Shown here in pieces: positions 1 through 11,400 of a DNA stretch of 64,000 nucleotides. The DNA is from a virus: positions 96,001 through 160,000 of IMG/VR virus record IMGVR_UViG_3300045988_172839. One strand, written 5' to 3'. Position 1 is the stretch's first letter, and the number at the start of each line of letters is the position of its first letter. The notes beneath the pieces are model-generated. The model was not told where the DNA came from. It did no database searches and saw nothing but the letters and a program-made list of their open reading frames with translations. Made by a program: the position numbers and the translations under genes.

Positions 1-62
1 AAATCATCTGACTGAGAATTTCCTTTTGGAAACTCAATCAGACCTACTAATTCTTTACTCAT
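1..62 (-). CDS. hypothetical protein, 5' fragment (gene continues past left edge)
   Basis: ATG at 62-60 with GAAGGA RBS upstream, 5 nt after the TAA of the preceding gene; frame MSKELVGLIEFPKGNSQSDD stays open to position 1. Confidence 0.45.
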   Translation of the reverse strand, partial: MSKELVGLIEFPKGNSQSDD

Positions 63-66
63 TCTT

Positions 67-966
67 TTATCCTTCTTCTGCTAATGAAACCTCAAATGCT
101 ACTGGGTCTAAGTCCATTGTAGGTTCTAATTCCTTGTAAGCCAAGTTGACAGTAGTTAAAATACCACCAATCTCTTTTTGAATAGTGAACTCATCACTAG
201 GAAATGCTAAACCTAGCTCAACCAAACGGTTATACATAGACACAATTTGCTCTTTGCACTCTTCAACCGTATTTCCTACAAAGTAAATGTTCTTTGTCTC
301 TGTATTTCTCATCCGAGAACGGTCTTGAACGACTAAATACACAGTAATTCCATTAGTTAGAACCACAGAGCGACCACCTAAATGGTCAGATACCCGTTTG
401 AGAGATACCGTTACAACCTCAGTTTCAATTCGGTATAGAAATTCCTCCGCAATCCAAAAATACTGCAGAACTGCACCTTCCATAATCTCGTCTTGACCTA
501 CATATTCAATCTGAGGGTCTGGGCTTTTATAACCATTGGGAATAAGAATGGCGCTTGCGCAAGCGATCAAGCGATACCCTTTAGGAGCTTTTACCGACTG
601 TAAATTCAACTTAGAATAAGCCAAATGACCTTTCTCACTAAACTCTTTCTTAGTTGAAATAAAAACAAACTCACATTCTTCTAACTCTTTAAATAAATTC
701 TCAGAGCTAAGTCCTTTAATTTTTACAAAGGAAAGCAATTCAGAACCTATCGGACTTTGAGTTAGCTCCAAGTGGTGCAGTCCAAAGACCGTTGGACTCA
801 TAGACTTAATATAAGCCATTGTTTGTTTGAACTCTCTCTCAAATACCTTATCCATAAAAGGAGACTGAGAGAAGTGAGGGGTAACTGAATATACCCCTAC
901 TTCCTCGAATTCAGCACTTACGTTAGGTGTATATGAGAACTGTTCCAAGTCTTCTTCCTCAAACAT
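67..966 (-). CDS. hypothetical protein (299 aa)
   Basis: uninterrupted ORF, ATG preceded by GAGAGG, tightly spaced and co-directional with neighbours; no motif I can name. Confidence 0.7.
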   Translation of the reverse strand: MFEEEDLEQFSYTPNVSAEFEEVGVYSVTPHFSQSPFMDKVFEREFKQTMAYIKSMSPTVFGLHHLELTQSPIGSELLSFVKIKGLSSENLFKELEECEFVFISTKKEFSEKGHLAYSKLNLQSVKAPKGYRLIACASAILIPNGYKSPDPQIEYVGQDEIMEGAVLQYFWIAEEFLYRIETEVVTVSLKRVSDHLGGRSVVLTNGITVYLVVQDRSRMRNTETKNIYFVGNTVEECKEQIVSMYNRLVELGLAFPSDEFTIQKEIGGILTTVNLAYKELEPTMDLDPVAFEVSLAEEG

Positions 967-983
967 ACTACAGACCTCTCAAC

Positions 984-1637
984 TTAACTTTTGGGTTCTA
1001 AAGACATCACCACCACCAAAGCGTTGTTGTCTCTTGTCATCTCAGCTCCGACAAAATGTTGCTTATTTGGGATACCGAGAAGTTCTGCTGCCAAAGGAAG
1101 TCTACGACCACCTAATTCAACAACCAAGTTGTAATCGCTCATTCCTAGAATATTTACAGACAAGTTCGCAAGAGCTTGAAAATCTACTGCAAAAGCTGGA
1201 ATTTTCTCACCACTCAATTTAGTAGCTTGTGGGAGAGAGTTTGTACAGTAAATACCTACCTCAACTTTTGTTCCCAAAGGTTGTTTAGCCAATTTCTCTA
1301 AGAACTTACGAAAAGACTCAGCCGTTTTCTTTCTTTGAGCAATCGCTTTCTCTCTCATAGATTTGTCTTCTGTCAAGAACTCATAGGCTTGAATAGCACG
1401 TGTAAAATCAATCGAAGCAAGAGCCAACTTGTCATTTACAAAGTGATATTGGAAGTAATCTTCATTATCCAAAACACTCTTAAGCGTCTCATCTGTTCCT
1501 TGAACCAACACGTCAGACTCCAAGAAATTACGAGGAATTGGAGACCATGTGATACCAAGTTCTAAATTATTCTGACCGTGCATTGCAGGTAAAGCAAGTG
1601 CCATTTGACCTGTTGCTGATAGTTTGTTGTTAGCCAT
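984..1637 (-). CDS. hypothetical protein (217 aa)
   Basis: ORF with ATG and GTGAGG RBS; no recognisable motif. Confidence 0.7.
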   Translation of the reverse strand: MANNKLSATGQMALALPAMHGQNNLELGITWSPIPRNFLESDVLVQGTDETLKSVLDNEDYFQYHFVNDKLALASIDFTRAIQAYEFLTEDKSMREKAIAQRKKTAESFRKFLEKLAKQPLGTKVEVGIYCTNSLPQATKLSGEKIPAFAVDFQALANLSVNILGMSDYNLVVELGGRRLPLAAELLGIPNKQHFVGAEMTRDNNALVVVMSLEPKS

Positions 1638-1732
1638 AGTTTAACCTCACTTAAACTTAATTTAATTTTCATAACTTATCAAAGTGCATACCTCGATTTT
1701 GGGAGCATACCCTATCAACCGTGGAAAATGAC

Positions 1733-1761
1733 AAAAAGAAAAGGCATCCGAAGTGGATACC
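1733..1761 (-). terminator. intrinsic terminator
   Basis: minus strand GGUAUCC-ACUUC-GGAUGCC hairpin followed by a T-rich run. Confidence 0.6.
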
Positions 1762-1774
1762 GAACACTGTGTGT

Positions 1775-2254
1775 TTATGGATTAACTAAATAAGCACCTA
1801 AATTGTTCAAATCATCAAAAGGGGATTGAAGTTGACCTTTGATAACCTTACGGAAAATAGGAACTCCTTCCGTACCTCGAGTTAATCGCTCAAAACTCTC
1901 TTCAGAAAAACCCCTAAAGTCCTCTACAGAGTCAAAGCCAATGTAATAAATCGACTTAGGGTCAATACCTTTATCTTTTAGGTTTACATCTAAGCGCCTA
2001 GCAAACTTCTGACAGTCTGGGCAAGTTGAAACCCCTACAAAAACATAAAATGTTTCTCCCTTGTCTGCTTTTGAAATGACTTCTTCTACTGTAGAGGGTG
2101 TAAATTGTTCAGTTGTTGACTTGTACTCTCTTACTGCGTTCTCTTGTAGCACTGTTTTAGCTCCCCAAAAGGAAATACCTAAAATGGCGATACCGAAGAA
2201 GAATTGTAACCAAGGTTTTACATCATAAAATTTTGCATTAAATTTCTTAGCCAA
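1775..2254 (-). CDS. membrane-anchored thioredoxin-fold protein (CPDC motif)
   Basis: N-terminal hydrophobic helix WLQFFFGIAILGISFWGA, then FYVFVGVSTCPDCQKF, a thioredoxin-type CxxC; TTG start in track; hairpin terminator follows. Confidence 0.6.
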   Translation of the reverse strand: MAKKFNAKFYDVKPWLQFFFGIAILGISFWGAKTVLQENAVREYKSTTEQFTPSTVEEVISKADKGETFYVFVGVSTCPDCQKFARRLDVNLKDKGIDPKSIYYIGFDSVEDFRGFSEESFERLTRGTEGVPIFRKVIKGQLQSPFDDLNNLGAYLVNP

Positions 2255-2365
2255 ATTAACCTACTTTCTAAATGGCTCTTATTTGCTCTCTGACGAATTT
2301 TAATTGTCGAAGAGATAAAGTATCAAATTTAGAATTAAAATCGAATAGGAGCGAAACTGAGACCT

Positions 2366-2400
2366 CAAAATTGAAAAGTGAGAGGAACGTAACCTCTCAC
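2366..2400 (-). terminator. intrinsic terminator after the PrgA-like gene
   Basis: GTGAGAGG-ttacgtt-CCTCTCAC then TTTTCAATTTT. Confidence 0.7.
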
Positions 2401-2419
2401 TTAAATTTGAAAGACCAAT

Positions 2420-5194
2420 TTAGTTCTCTTTGCGAGATTTGAAGCCTACAAAACCAACAAGCAAACCAAAGATACCGAGAGTAGCTAGGGCGCTAGAAGT
2501 CTCACCTGTGTTTGGAAGTTGACGTTGTTCAACAGTTGAGGTTTGTACAAGAGTTTCACCTTGTTCTGTAGCTGGTGTAGCAGAATACACAGTAGGAGCA
2601 ACATCTGATTGAACAACGAAACCTGATGTTGAAGTTGCAGTTGTTGTAGTTGAAGCTGAGTTTGAACTATTTGCAACAGTTACAGTAGCTTGAGGAACTT
2701 TGTAATCAACCACATGCCCGTTGTTGTCTACAACTGGTACTGGCTTGTAACCAGCTTTTTCAAGTTCTTTACGTTTAGCATCTGCAAGCTCTACTAAGCG
2801 TTTTGTTTCTGCTTCTTCAAACTTCGCTTTGGCAGTTTCGTAAACATTCTTCGCTTCAAGTGCTTTAGCACTTTTAACTTCAAAGTCTGCTTTGGCTTCA
2901 CGTTGTGCTTTTTGTGCAACTAGGAGAGCTTTCTCTGCTTGTTCAAGTTCAACTTTTAGATCCGCCAAACGAGTTTTCGCATTTTTAAGGTCTGCAAGCT
3001 CTTTTTCGGCTTGTTTAACTTTAGCTTGAGCATCTTTGAGTGCTTGTTCAGCTTCAGATACCGCTTTAGATTTAGCTTCTGCTGAAACTTTCATTAATCC
3101 CAACTTAGCTTGCTCAATTTCCAAAGCCTTATTTGCTTGCCCAAGGCTGAACTTAGCGATATTTGCACGACCACGAGCGCTTCTTGCTTCAATTTCTTTT
3201 TGAGCATGTGACACTAGCAAGTTGTTTACCAAGGCATTTGCATTAGCTAAATCAACAACTGCTTTGTCATGACGAGTTTTAGCACGCTCTAAGTAAGTTT
3301 GTGCTTTAGCAAGAGGACTACCTTCTTTTTTCAATGCGTTCAACTTAACAGTTGCACTACGCAAAGTTGAGTTAGCTTTTTCCAAGCCTTTGTCTGCTGC
3401 TTCAATTTGCTCACGGACAGCGCCTACTGCTTTTGCAGTATCTTTCAAACGTTGAACTGCATCAGCTACACGACGTTCAAAAACTTCTTTCTTCAAAGGA
3501 TTCTCAATAGGAGTTGTATCCCAAGTTGAGCCATTTGTAAGTGAGCTACGGACAGAAGTTAGAAAGTGCGTAGTGTAGAAATCGTCCGTTTTGCTCTGAG
3601 CAACCCCACCAAAGTAAGCAGTCTCATTTGGATAGTCAAATTGCAAAATCCCTTGAGTATGCGCATAGTCATTCTTAGTTGAAATCAACTGTACAAAATG
3701 ATTGTACAAGGTTTCTTTCATCTCGCCCAAAGTCTTACGGTAAACACCATCTTCATCATCAAAATCATGTGAAGCAAAGGTAGTCACAGAGTTTTCATAG
3801 TATTGTCCACCACGTGCTTCAACTTCTGAATCAGTAGTAGGCATGTTATACTCTTTGGCAACCTTGTTGATACCCTTAGCATAGTGTCCTGAACCACCTT
3901 TTTTACGGTATTCTTGTCGCATACTATTTGAATAGTTTACTTTCACATACTCGTCTGCAATCTTTTGAGCAAATTCCAATGAAGTTTTAGATAGAACTGC
4001 ATCTGGTAGTCCAAGTTGTTTACGAGCTTGATTTAGCAAGTCAGCTACAAAGTAGTTCAATTCATCACGAATTTCTTTAGGAAGATTGTTGATGTCATAG
4101 CGAGTAGTGTCTTCCAACTCGTTTTTCGTTTGAACATACTTGTTGTTAGCATTTGCAACTTGTGTACGAACAACTCGATTATACAACTCAGTTGTACGTT
4201 TGTTACGTTCCTCAGTAGACAAAGCACTGTTGTCAGCAAGGTTGTAAGCAATCGTATCTTTTACTGCTTGTACAAAGCTAGGGTCAAGAGTAATTTCTGG
4301 AAGATGTGTAGCACGGATTTTACTGTTGTAATCCCCTGCTTTATCATACTCATCATTCGCCTTCGCATAAGCAATCTGAGCATCAGCTTTCGTTTTATTC
4401 AAGTCTTCAATTTCTTTAGTTGAAGTAGCAATCTTAGATTCAGCATCTTTTACAGAATTTTGGTACTCTTGTTCTTTAGGTTTAGCTTCTTCAACACGTT
4501 TTTCGTTTGACTCTACTGAACTTTTAGCATCTTGTTCTTCAAAACGAGCATCAGTTTGAGCTTTACGGGCTTCTGGGAGCTTAGTATCGTTCAAGATAGC
4601 TTCTTTTTCAGCAGCTTCTTTTTCTGCCTTTTCCAAAGCACCTTTCGCTTCATCTACTTCAGCTTGTTTAGTAGCAACTGCTTTTTCTTGCGCAGCTACT
4701 TCGTCAGCAGAAACAATAGTTGCATTTTTAGCAGTGGATACCGCTTTTTCTGCTTGAGTAACTTCACCTTTTGCAGTTTCCACACTTTGTTCTGCTTGTT
4801 TAACTTGCTCTGTTGTAGGCAACTCTTTTTCAGCTTTTTCTACTTTTTCTTGTTTTTCTTTTACAGTAGACTCAGCACCTTTAACAGCATCATCTTTTTG
4901 CGCTACAGTTTCTTTTGCTTTATCTGCATCTTCTTGGGTTTGTTTAGCAGTAGCACCAAGTTCAGCGACTTCTTCCTTAGTAGGAGCTTTCACTTCTACT
5001 GGTTTTGGCGCTTCTTTCTCTACCAAAGCTGGTTCGTTTTTGGCATCTGTTGTAGGAACTTTCGGTTGATTTTGTTCTGTACGCAAACCACCTGCATTGT
5101 CAACAGTAGGATCAAAGATTGTGTCGGCATGTGCAACAGTGGTTGAAATACTTGCAGCGGCTAAAGCAGCAGTAGCGATAATAGATTTTTTCAT
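2420..5194 (-). CDS. LPXTG-anchored coiled-coil surface protein (SEC10/PrgA surface-exclusion-like)
   Basis: signal peptide MKKSIIATAALAAASISTTVAHA; long A/E/K-rich coiled-coil arms around a globular middle; C-terminal LPNTGE + hydrophobic helix + KSRKEN sorting signal. LPXTG call is firm; PrgA-like family assignment rests on architecture only. Confidence 0.6.
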   Translation of the reverse strand: MKKSIIATAALAAASISTTVAHADTIFDPTVDNAGGLRTEQNQPKVPTTDAKNEPALVEKEAPKPVEVKAPTKEEVAELGATAKQTQEDADKAKETVAQKDDAVKGAESTVKEKQEKVEKAEKELPTTEQVKQAEQSVETAKGEVTQAEKAVSTAKNATIVSADEVAAQEKAVATKQAEVDEAKGALEKAEKEAAEKEAILNDTKLPEARKAQTDARFEEQDAKSSVESNEKRVEEAKPKEQEYQNSVKDAESKIATSTKEIEDLNKTKADAQIAYAKANDEYDKAGDYNSKIRATHLPEITLDPSFVQAVKDTIAYNLADNSALSTEERNKRTTELYNRVVRTQVANANNKYVQTKNELEDTTRYDINNLPKEIRDELNYFVADLLNQARKQLGLPDAVLSKTSLEFAQKIADEYVKVNYSNSMRQEYRKKGGSGHYAKGINKVAKEYNMPTTDSEVEARGGQYYENSVTTFASHDFDDEDGVYRKTLGEMKETLYNHFVQLISTKNDYAHTQGILQFDYPNETAYFGGVAQSKTDDFYTTHFLTSVRSSLTNGSTWDTTPIENPLKKEVFERRVADAVQRLKDTAKAVGAVREQIEAADKGLEKANSTLRSATVKLNALKKEGSPLAKAQTYLERAKTRHDKAVVDLANANALVNNLLVSHAQKEIEARSARGRANIAKFSLGQANKALEIEQAKLGLMKVSAEAKSKAVSEAEQALKDAQAKVKQAEKELADLKNAKTRLADLKVELEQAEKALLVAQKAQREAKADFEVKSAKALEAKNVYETAKAKFEEAETKRLVELADAKRKELEKAGYKPVPVVDNNGHVVDYKVPQATVTVANSSNSASTTTTATSTSGFVVQSDVAPTVYSATPATEQGETLVQTSTVEQRQLPNTGETSSALATLGIFGLLVGFVGFKSRKEN

Positions 5195-5229
5195 AGGTAA
5201 ATACCTCTTTCTTTTATTTTGATAAGTAT

Positions 5230-5258
5230 ATTATACCAAAATAATTACAATAAGTCAA
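5230..5258 (-). promoter_or_regulatory. sigma-A-type promoter (proximal, PrgA-like gene)
   Basis: minus strand TTGACT-17 nt-TATAAT. Confidence 0.65.
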
Positions 5259-5315
5259 GTGTTTTATTTCATTAAATTTCACAACGAAACTTAAACTTCT
5301 TATTTTGATAAATCT

Positions 5316-5344
5316 ATTATACCAAAATTAAATTAAAAAGTCAA
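5316..5344 (-). promoter_or_regulatory. sigma-A-type promoter (duplicate copy)
   Basis: TTGACT-17-TATAAT inside a ~50-bp imperfect direct repeat of 5211-5261. Confidence 0.6.
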
Positions 5345-5387
5345 GTAAAAACTATGAAATTATAAAGAACCTATAAAACCCTCAATT

Positions 5388-5416
5388 ATAATAACAGAAT
5401 AATTAAATTTTTGCAA
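5388..5416 (-). promoter_or_regulatory. sigma-A-type promoter (distal)
   Basis: TTGCAA-17-TATTAT. Confidence 0.45.
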
Positions 5417-5423
5417 GTATAAA

Positions 5424-5454
5424 TAAAAAAAAAAGAAAGGGAGTTTTCCCTTTC
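5424..5454 (-). terminator. intrinsic terminator after the antigen I/II gene
   Basis: GAAAGGGA-aaac-TCCCTTTC followed by T10. Confidence 0.8.
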
Positions 5455-5461
5455 TCTTCAT

Positions 5462-8400
5462 TTATCTATCTTCTTTGCGCTTTCTTCCAAGGAAAGACAA
5501 ACCAAGTAAAGCAAGTAAACCATACCCACCTACTGAAAGTGCAGCCGTGTCTCCACCACCTGTATTTGGAAGTTGTGGAGTTTTTGGTGTTGGTTTAGTT
5601 GGTGTTGGTGGAACATCAGTGCGTGTCTTAACAGTATTTGAAGAAACTTCGATACCGTTAACAATGTGTGACACCTTGTTCTCAACCTCACCGGCTTGAA
5701 TACGAGTCATTTCAACAAAGACATCAGCTTGGAACTCAGAGTCTTTCGTGATTGAACGCAAGAACTCTTCTTTTAGACCAATTTCAAGCTGGCCTTTAGC
5801 TTTATCTTCTTTCAACCAAGCGTAAGTAGTTAAGTCATCGCCTGCTTTGAAGTGTTTACCATCAGCAGTTACAAAATCACGTTTTGCAATTACTTTATAC
5901 TTACCATCAAAACGGTCATGAGTTTCTTGGTAGTCATCTACAAACTTGTACTCGAACAAGTCATCCGCACGGTTACTTGGAATAAGTGTTCCTGTAAATG
6001 AATAGTAGAAGATTTGACCTAAAGTAATCTTTTGACCATCTTTAGACTCTTTATCTCCAATAGAAATCACAACATCTTTCTTAGTTTCAAACTTAGGAAT
6101 GTTGTTTACTACTGTTGTAGTCACCTCTGCAACTCCAAAGTCAATTTGATAAGCAGTATTTTCATACTTACCACCAGTTTTACCGAACTGTTCTTTGATT
6201 TTCATTGGATTAATAATGGTAATTGTGTCACCTGTTTGAACATACTTAGCGTAGAACTCTTCAGGATTTTCAGCTTCCCAAACTTGGAAGGCACCTTTAG
6301 GTTTAAATCCACGCTCAATTAAAGCATTACGAACTACTTCTGGTGCTTTTTCAATACTTTCATAAATAGTGTATTTCAAACCTTTCACTTCTTGACCTTT
6401 AGAGTCAGAAAGTTTAATACCATCAGAAAGTACATCTAACACATCTTCTGGATAATCATCAGCAATAAAGAAACCTTGTGCAATACGAGATTTGTCAGCT
6501 TGGATACCCTTGTATTGTGAGTAATCAGCAGTTACATGATAGTAGTTAGTTGATCCTGCAAATACTTGCTTACCATCAATGTTTACTCCAACCTTGTCGA
6601 AATTTGCTTTCTTAGGATTTGGTTTCACTACTTTGTTCACTACTGTTTCTGTTACCATTGCAAGACCAAAATCAAGTTGGTAAGCAGTATTCTTATACTC
6701 AGCTACTTTACCTAACATTTCTTTACGAACTGTCATAGGATTAGTAATTGTAAGAACCTCACCTGTCTTCACATACTTGTCGTAGAACTCAGTTGGGTTT
6801 TCAGCAGTTAAGACTTGAATAGCACCTTTAGGTGTATAACCTGCAGATTTAAGTGACTCTTGAACTCCTTTCGGAGCGTCTGCAAGTGTCTTGTAAACAG
6901 TTGACTTCAAACCAGTTACAAGGTTGCCTTTAGAATCTTTTACAACAATCTCATTCTCATTGACTGAAACTGCTTCTTCTGGGAAATCATCAACAATGTG
7001 GAAACCGTTCGCAATTCTGTTAGCGTCCGCTTCGATTCCTTTATAAGCACTATAATCAGCAGTTAATGTGTAATAGTTGACTGTTCCAGCTACTACTGGT
7101 TTACCATTAATACTTACACCGGCTTTATTCAAGTTCTTCTTGTGTGGGTTTGTTTTAGGTACACTATTTGAAACAGTTTCAGTTTCAGCAACCAAACCAA
7201 AATCAAGTTGATAAGCCGTATTTTGGTACTTAGCTCCCGTTTGATTTAACTTAGCAGAAACCGTCATAGGGTTTTTAACAGTCAACGTTTCCCCTGTTTT
7301 CACATACTTATTGTAATAAGCAACTGGATCAACCGCTTCAAAGACTTGAATAGCACCTTTAGGTTGAATATTTCTCTTAGCAAAGGCTTTTTGAACCTTT
7401 TCAGGAGCATCTGCTAAAGAGTTGTAGATAGTTTGTTTCAAACCTTCTACTTCATTACCTTTAGAATCAAGAACTTTCACATCTTTTTCATTGATAGATA
7501 CCACATCTTCTGGGAAATCATCTGCAATAAAGAAACCATTTTGAATTTTGTCTTCATCTGCTTCAATACTTTTGTATTGGTCATAACGAACAGTCAACTC
7601 ATAATAGTTAGTAGACCCTGCAAGAACTTGTTTACCATTGATGTTAACATGAGCAGCGTTAAAGTTTGCCTTATTAGGTTTAGGAGCTGGCACACTGTTT
7701 ACAACTGTCTCAGTCACTTTAGCAGAACCAAAGTCAAGTTGGTAAGCAGTATTTTCATACTTAGCACCTGTTTGGTTCAAGTGAGCTTTAACTGTCATTG
7801 GTACAGTAAGTGTAAGCACTTCACCTGCACGAACATACTTATTGTAAAACTCAGTACGATTTTCAAATTCAATAACTTGAATAGCACCTTTTGGTTGATA
7901 CCCTTGAAGTTTGAGAGCATCTTGCACCTCTTTAGGTGCATCTGCTACCGATTTATAAACCTTAGAAGTATAACCTTTTACTGCTTGACCTTTAGAGTCA
8001 ACTACCTTAATACCGTTAGTGTCAATATCTACTGCTTCTTCTGGATAATCATCCACAAAGTAGAAACCTTTCGCTACACGGTCTTTTTCAGCTTCAATTC
8101 CTTTATAATCAGAATAATCAGCAGTTAATGTGTAGTAGTTCGTAGAGCCTGCAAGAACTTGTTTACCGTTGATGTCAACACCTTTGGCATTCAAGTTTTT
8201 CTTATGTGGATCTGTTTTAGGTACACGATTTTCTACAATGTCAGCTTGGTAGCCATTACCAAAGTCTACTTGGTAAGCAGTATTTTGATATGATGCACCT
8301 TTACGGTCAAGTGACTGTTTCACCCTCATTGAGTCAACAATCGTTACAGAATTACCTTTAGAAACGTATTTATCAAAGAACTCTTGAGGGTTATCAGCCA

Positions 8401-11400
8401 TGAAGACTTGGAAAGCACCTTTAGGTTTGATACCACTAGTTTCAAGAATGGCTTTGATTTTAGGGTCTTTTACTTCTTCAATAGAGTTAAAGTGGTACTC
8501 AGTGATACCCTTAACTTCTGCACCGTTAGAATCGAATGCGCGAATTTCTCCACGCTCAATATCAAGCGCTTCTTCTGGGTAATCTTCTACAACACCAAAA
8601 CCTTTTTGAATAGCATCAGAACCACCCTTAATACCTTTGTACTTACTGTAGTCCATTGTTACATGGTAGTAATTCACTGAACCTGCAAGAACTTGTTTAC
8701 CATCAATTTTCACACCATCTTTATTGTAGTTTACTTTCACTGGTTTTGTTCCACCAGGTGTTGTAACTTCTACAATATTAGAATAAACTTCGTATTTGTT
8801 ATTCAAGTTCAAATGGAAGTTATTCTTATAAACAGCGTTATCATTTGTAACCTCTCCGTAAACCTTCAAAACTGGTACGTTGTAAGCAGTTGACAGATTT
8901 GCATTTATCTTATCGATACCACTCTTTTTCAGTACCCCTGTTAAACGGTGTGCTGACTCATCATAAGTAATAGTGTAGTCACTATTTTGAGCTTGAGTTT
9001 TAGCAAGGTTTAACTGATACCCTTGTGGTAAATTATCATGAATTTCGTAAACCTCAGTAACTTCGCGGTTTCTTGGAAGTGGTTTAGTTTCTAACTCCCA
9101 AACAACCTCAGACATCTTAGGTACATTGGATTTGTTGATGTTTGCTCCAAGATTGTTCTTAACATACTTCTCAACTTCTGGTGTTGTTTTCAACAAAGCA
9201 TAGCGAACATGAATAGTTCTAGGTGAAATCGGAGTTGGTACTGGTTTCTCCACTGGTTTCGGAGGAGCTGGAGGGAGAGGAACATGAGGTACATCTGGTG
9301 TCTCTGTAGGTAGAGGTTTCAATGGATTCTCTACTGGAGGTACAATAGGAGTTTTATCCTTCTCGTTGTACTTAGGTTCATTTGGTTTCTTCTCAGTAAA
9401 CTCACTTGGTTTAGGTGGCTCTTTAGGGAGAGGAACATGACCCACCTCAGTTGGTCTTTCAACTGGAGGTTTCTCCGGTGTAGGCACTGGTTTATTTAAA
9501 GTGTCTTTCTCTTTCTGTTTAAGCTCTGGAACTTCTGGTGGATTTGGAACCTCTGGTGGAACCAATTTCTTAACAACCGATTTTCCACCCCAAAGTTGGA
9601 AAGCGTACCCTGCTGCATAAAGTTCAAAATCTGTTTGAATCTTACGACCGTAGAACTTATCCTCATAGTCCGTAACTCGACGGTATTCTCTCGCTTGAGC
9701 TTCTGTGTAGGTCTGGGTACCACGAAGACCTTCAGCCAAATAGGTTAACTTATGAACAGCACCTTTACCTACAGTTAAAATTGTACCTTTAGGTGTATCA
9801 AAGAAGTCGTTCACGTCTGTATAATAAGGATCACCAGCTTTCCAACGTTTCAAACCAGTATCATCATCTGAAGTGTGAGTACCATCTGAGTGGATACCCA
9901 TCCAAACCTGTTTCCCTTTATAAGTAGTACGAGCCACTTCTGAACCTGGAGGGTTAATTACTGCACCTGTATCTTCATCAGTATTGTAAGTATGACGAAC
10001 AGCTTGAGTATAGTCCAAGTCTGCATAAATTGTAGTAGTACCTAAATTTAAAGGTCTACCCGTTGCTTCATCATAATAATGAATATCCCACTCATTATTC
10101 AAGTAGTTATATGGGTTAAAACCAATAGGAGAAATCGGGCCTTGACTACCATCTTTATACCACCAAACCCATAAACGAGTGTAAGTATCTTTATTACCTG
10201 GAATATCAAAACTCTTAGAAGGAGTTGTTCTTGACACTAATCGAGCAGAAATCGTTTTACCTGTCGTTGTACGACCTACATTATGCAAAGTGAAGGTCGA
10301 ACCTTGTTTGATACCGGTGATGATTTTTCCACCTAAACGCTCAGTGTTACCATACAAACCTTTTGCAACGTTAGGGTCTTCTTGAAGGTCTTTATCTAAA
10401 GTTAAAGTCGTCTTAGAATTAGCACCTAAAGCACCTTCAACTACTTCTAAACCTTTCTCTGGTGTGAAAACTGCAGTAACATCAGAGTAGTAATCCATAG
10501 AACCACGTTTAGACTCATTCAAAGTACCGTAAAGTGTTACCCCATTCCCTTGAGCTAAAATAGGTTTTTTCTTAACCTCATCAACTTCACGATTATAAGT
10601 TTTTAACTCTTCTTCATAAGTAGCTTTAGCTAACTTATAACGAGTCATAGCTGCATCATACTTATCTTGCTCTGCTTTGTTTTCTTTATCAATCTGAGCG
10701 TTTCGTTTATTTAACTCAGCTAATGCAGACTCATAAGCAGCTTGCGCAGTTGAGTTTGCTTTACGAATAGCTTCATTCTCTTTATTTCGAGCTTCCACTG
10801 CTTTCGTATAAGCATCTTTGTTCGCCTTGTTGGTTTTATCAATCTCAGCGTTCCGAGTATTCGCAACCTCTAAATCTTTACGATATTGCTCCAGCTTTTG
10901 ACGATAAGTAGTCATATCTGCGTCAGATTGAGTTTTACGCTCAGTCCATTTACCTAATTCAGACTCATAAGCTGACTTAGCGGCTGCATTGTCTTTGTCG
11001 ATTTGAGCATTTTTCGCAACTTGATCTGCTACTGCTTTTTCATAGCGAGATTTAGCAGCTTGATTATCTTTCTTGATTTGCTCATTTTCAGACTTAATAG
11101 CTTCTACCTTAGCTAAATGTTGCTCATGTTTTACTTGATTGTTTTTATCAATTTGAGCATTTTTATCATTAGCCGTTTTTAAATCTGTTTGATATTTCGC
11201 TTGAGCATCTTCATAGTCTTTCTTAGCTTTTGCATTTTCTTCTTTAACAATCTTAATTTCTTGGTTACGAGTTGCAACCTCTTCTTTAAAACGGTCAGCT
11301 TCTTTCTTCACAACTTCTGCTTGGTTGTCATAATTTTGCTCAATCTCTTTTTGGCGTTTCTCCAAATCAGAAGAACTTGTTGCAGTACCACCATCTGCTG

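Larger units (their letters stand above)
5211..5347. repeat. imperfect ~50-bp direct repeat carrying duplicated promoters
   Basis: cttttattttgataagtatattataccaaaataattacaataagtcaagtg (5211-5261) versus cttcttattttgataaatctattataccaaaattaaattaaaaagtcaagta (5296-5347). Confidence 0.7.

Noticed and set aside
2485-2676. Short minus-strand ORFs nested in other frames (2485..2676, 4057..4251, 9496..9723, 12802..13011, 19905..20093, 61147..61350)
   Set aside because: They overlap larger genes in alternative frames, have no independent start signals, and their translations look like frame artefacts.
4532-5146. Plus-strand ORFs in the track (e.g. 4532..5146, 7433..8128, 8384..8680, 11189..11524, 17357..17680, 49026..49358, 62156..62497)
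   Set aside because: All lie antisense inside longer minus-strand genes that have clear motifs. Their translations are low-complexity (F/S/L/C-rich), as expected for the complement of A/E/K-rich coding sequence. None has a promoter or RBS.
6070-8740. A CRISPR array or non-coding tandem repeat
   Set aside because: The ~531-bp periodic repeats are in-frame protein domains of the adhesin. No short direct repeats with unique spacers occur anywhere in the window.
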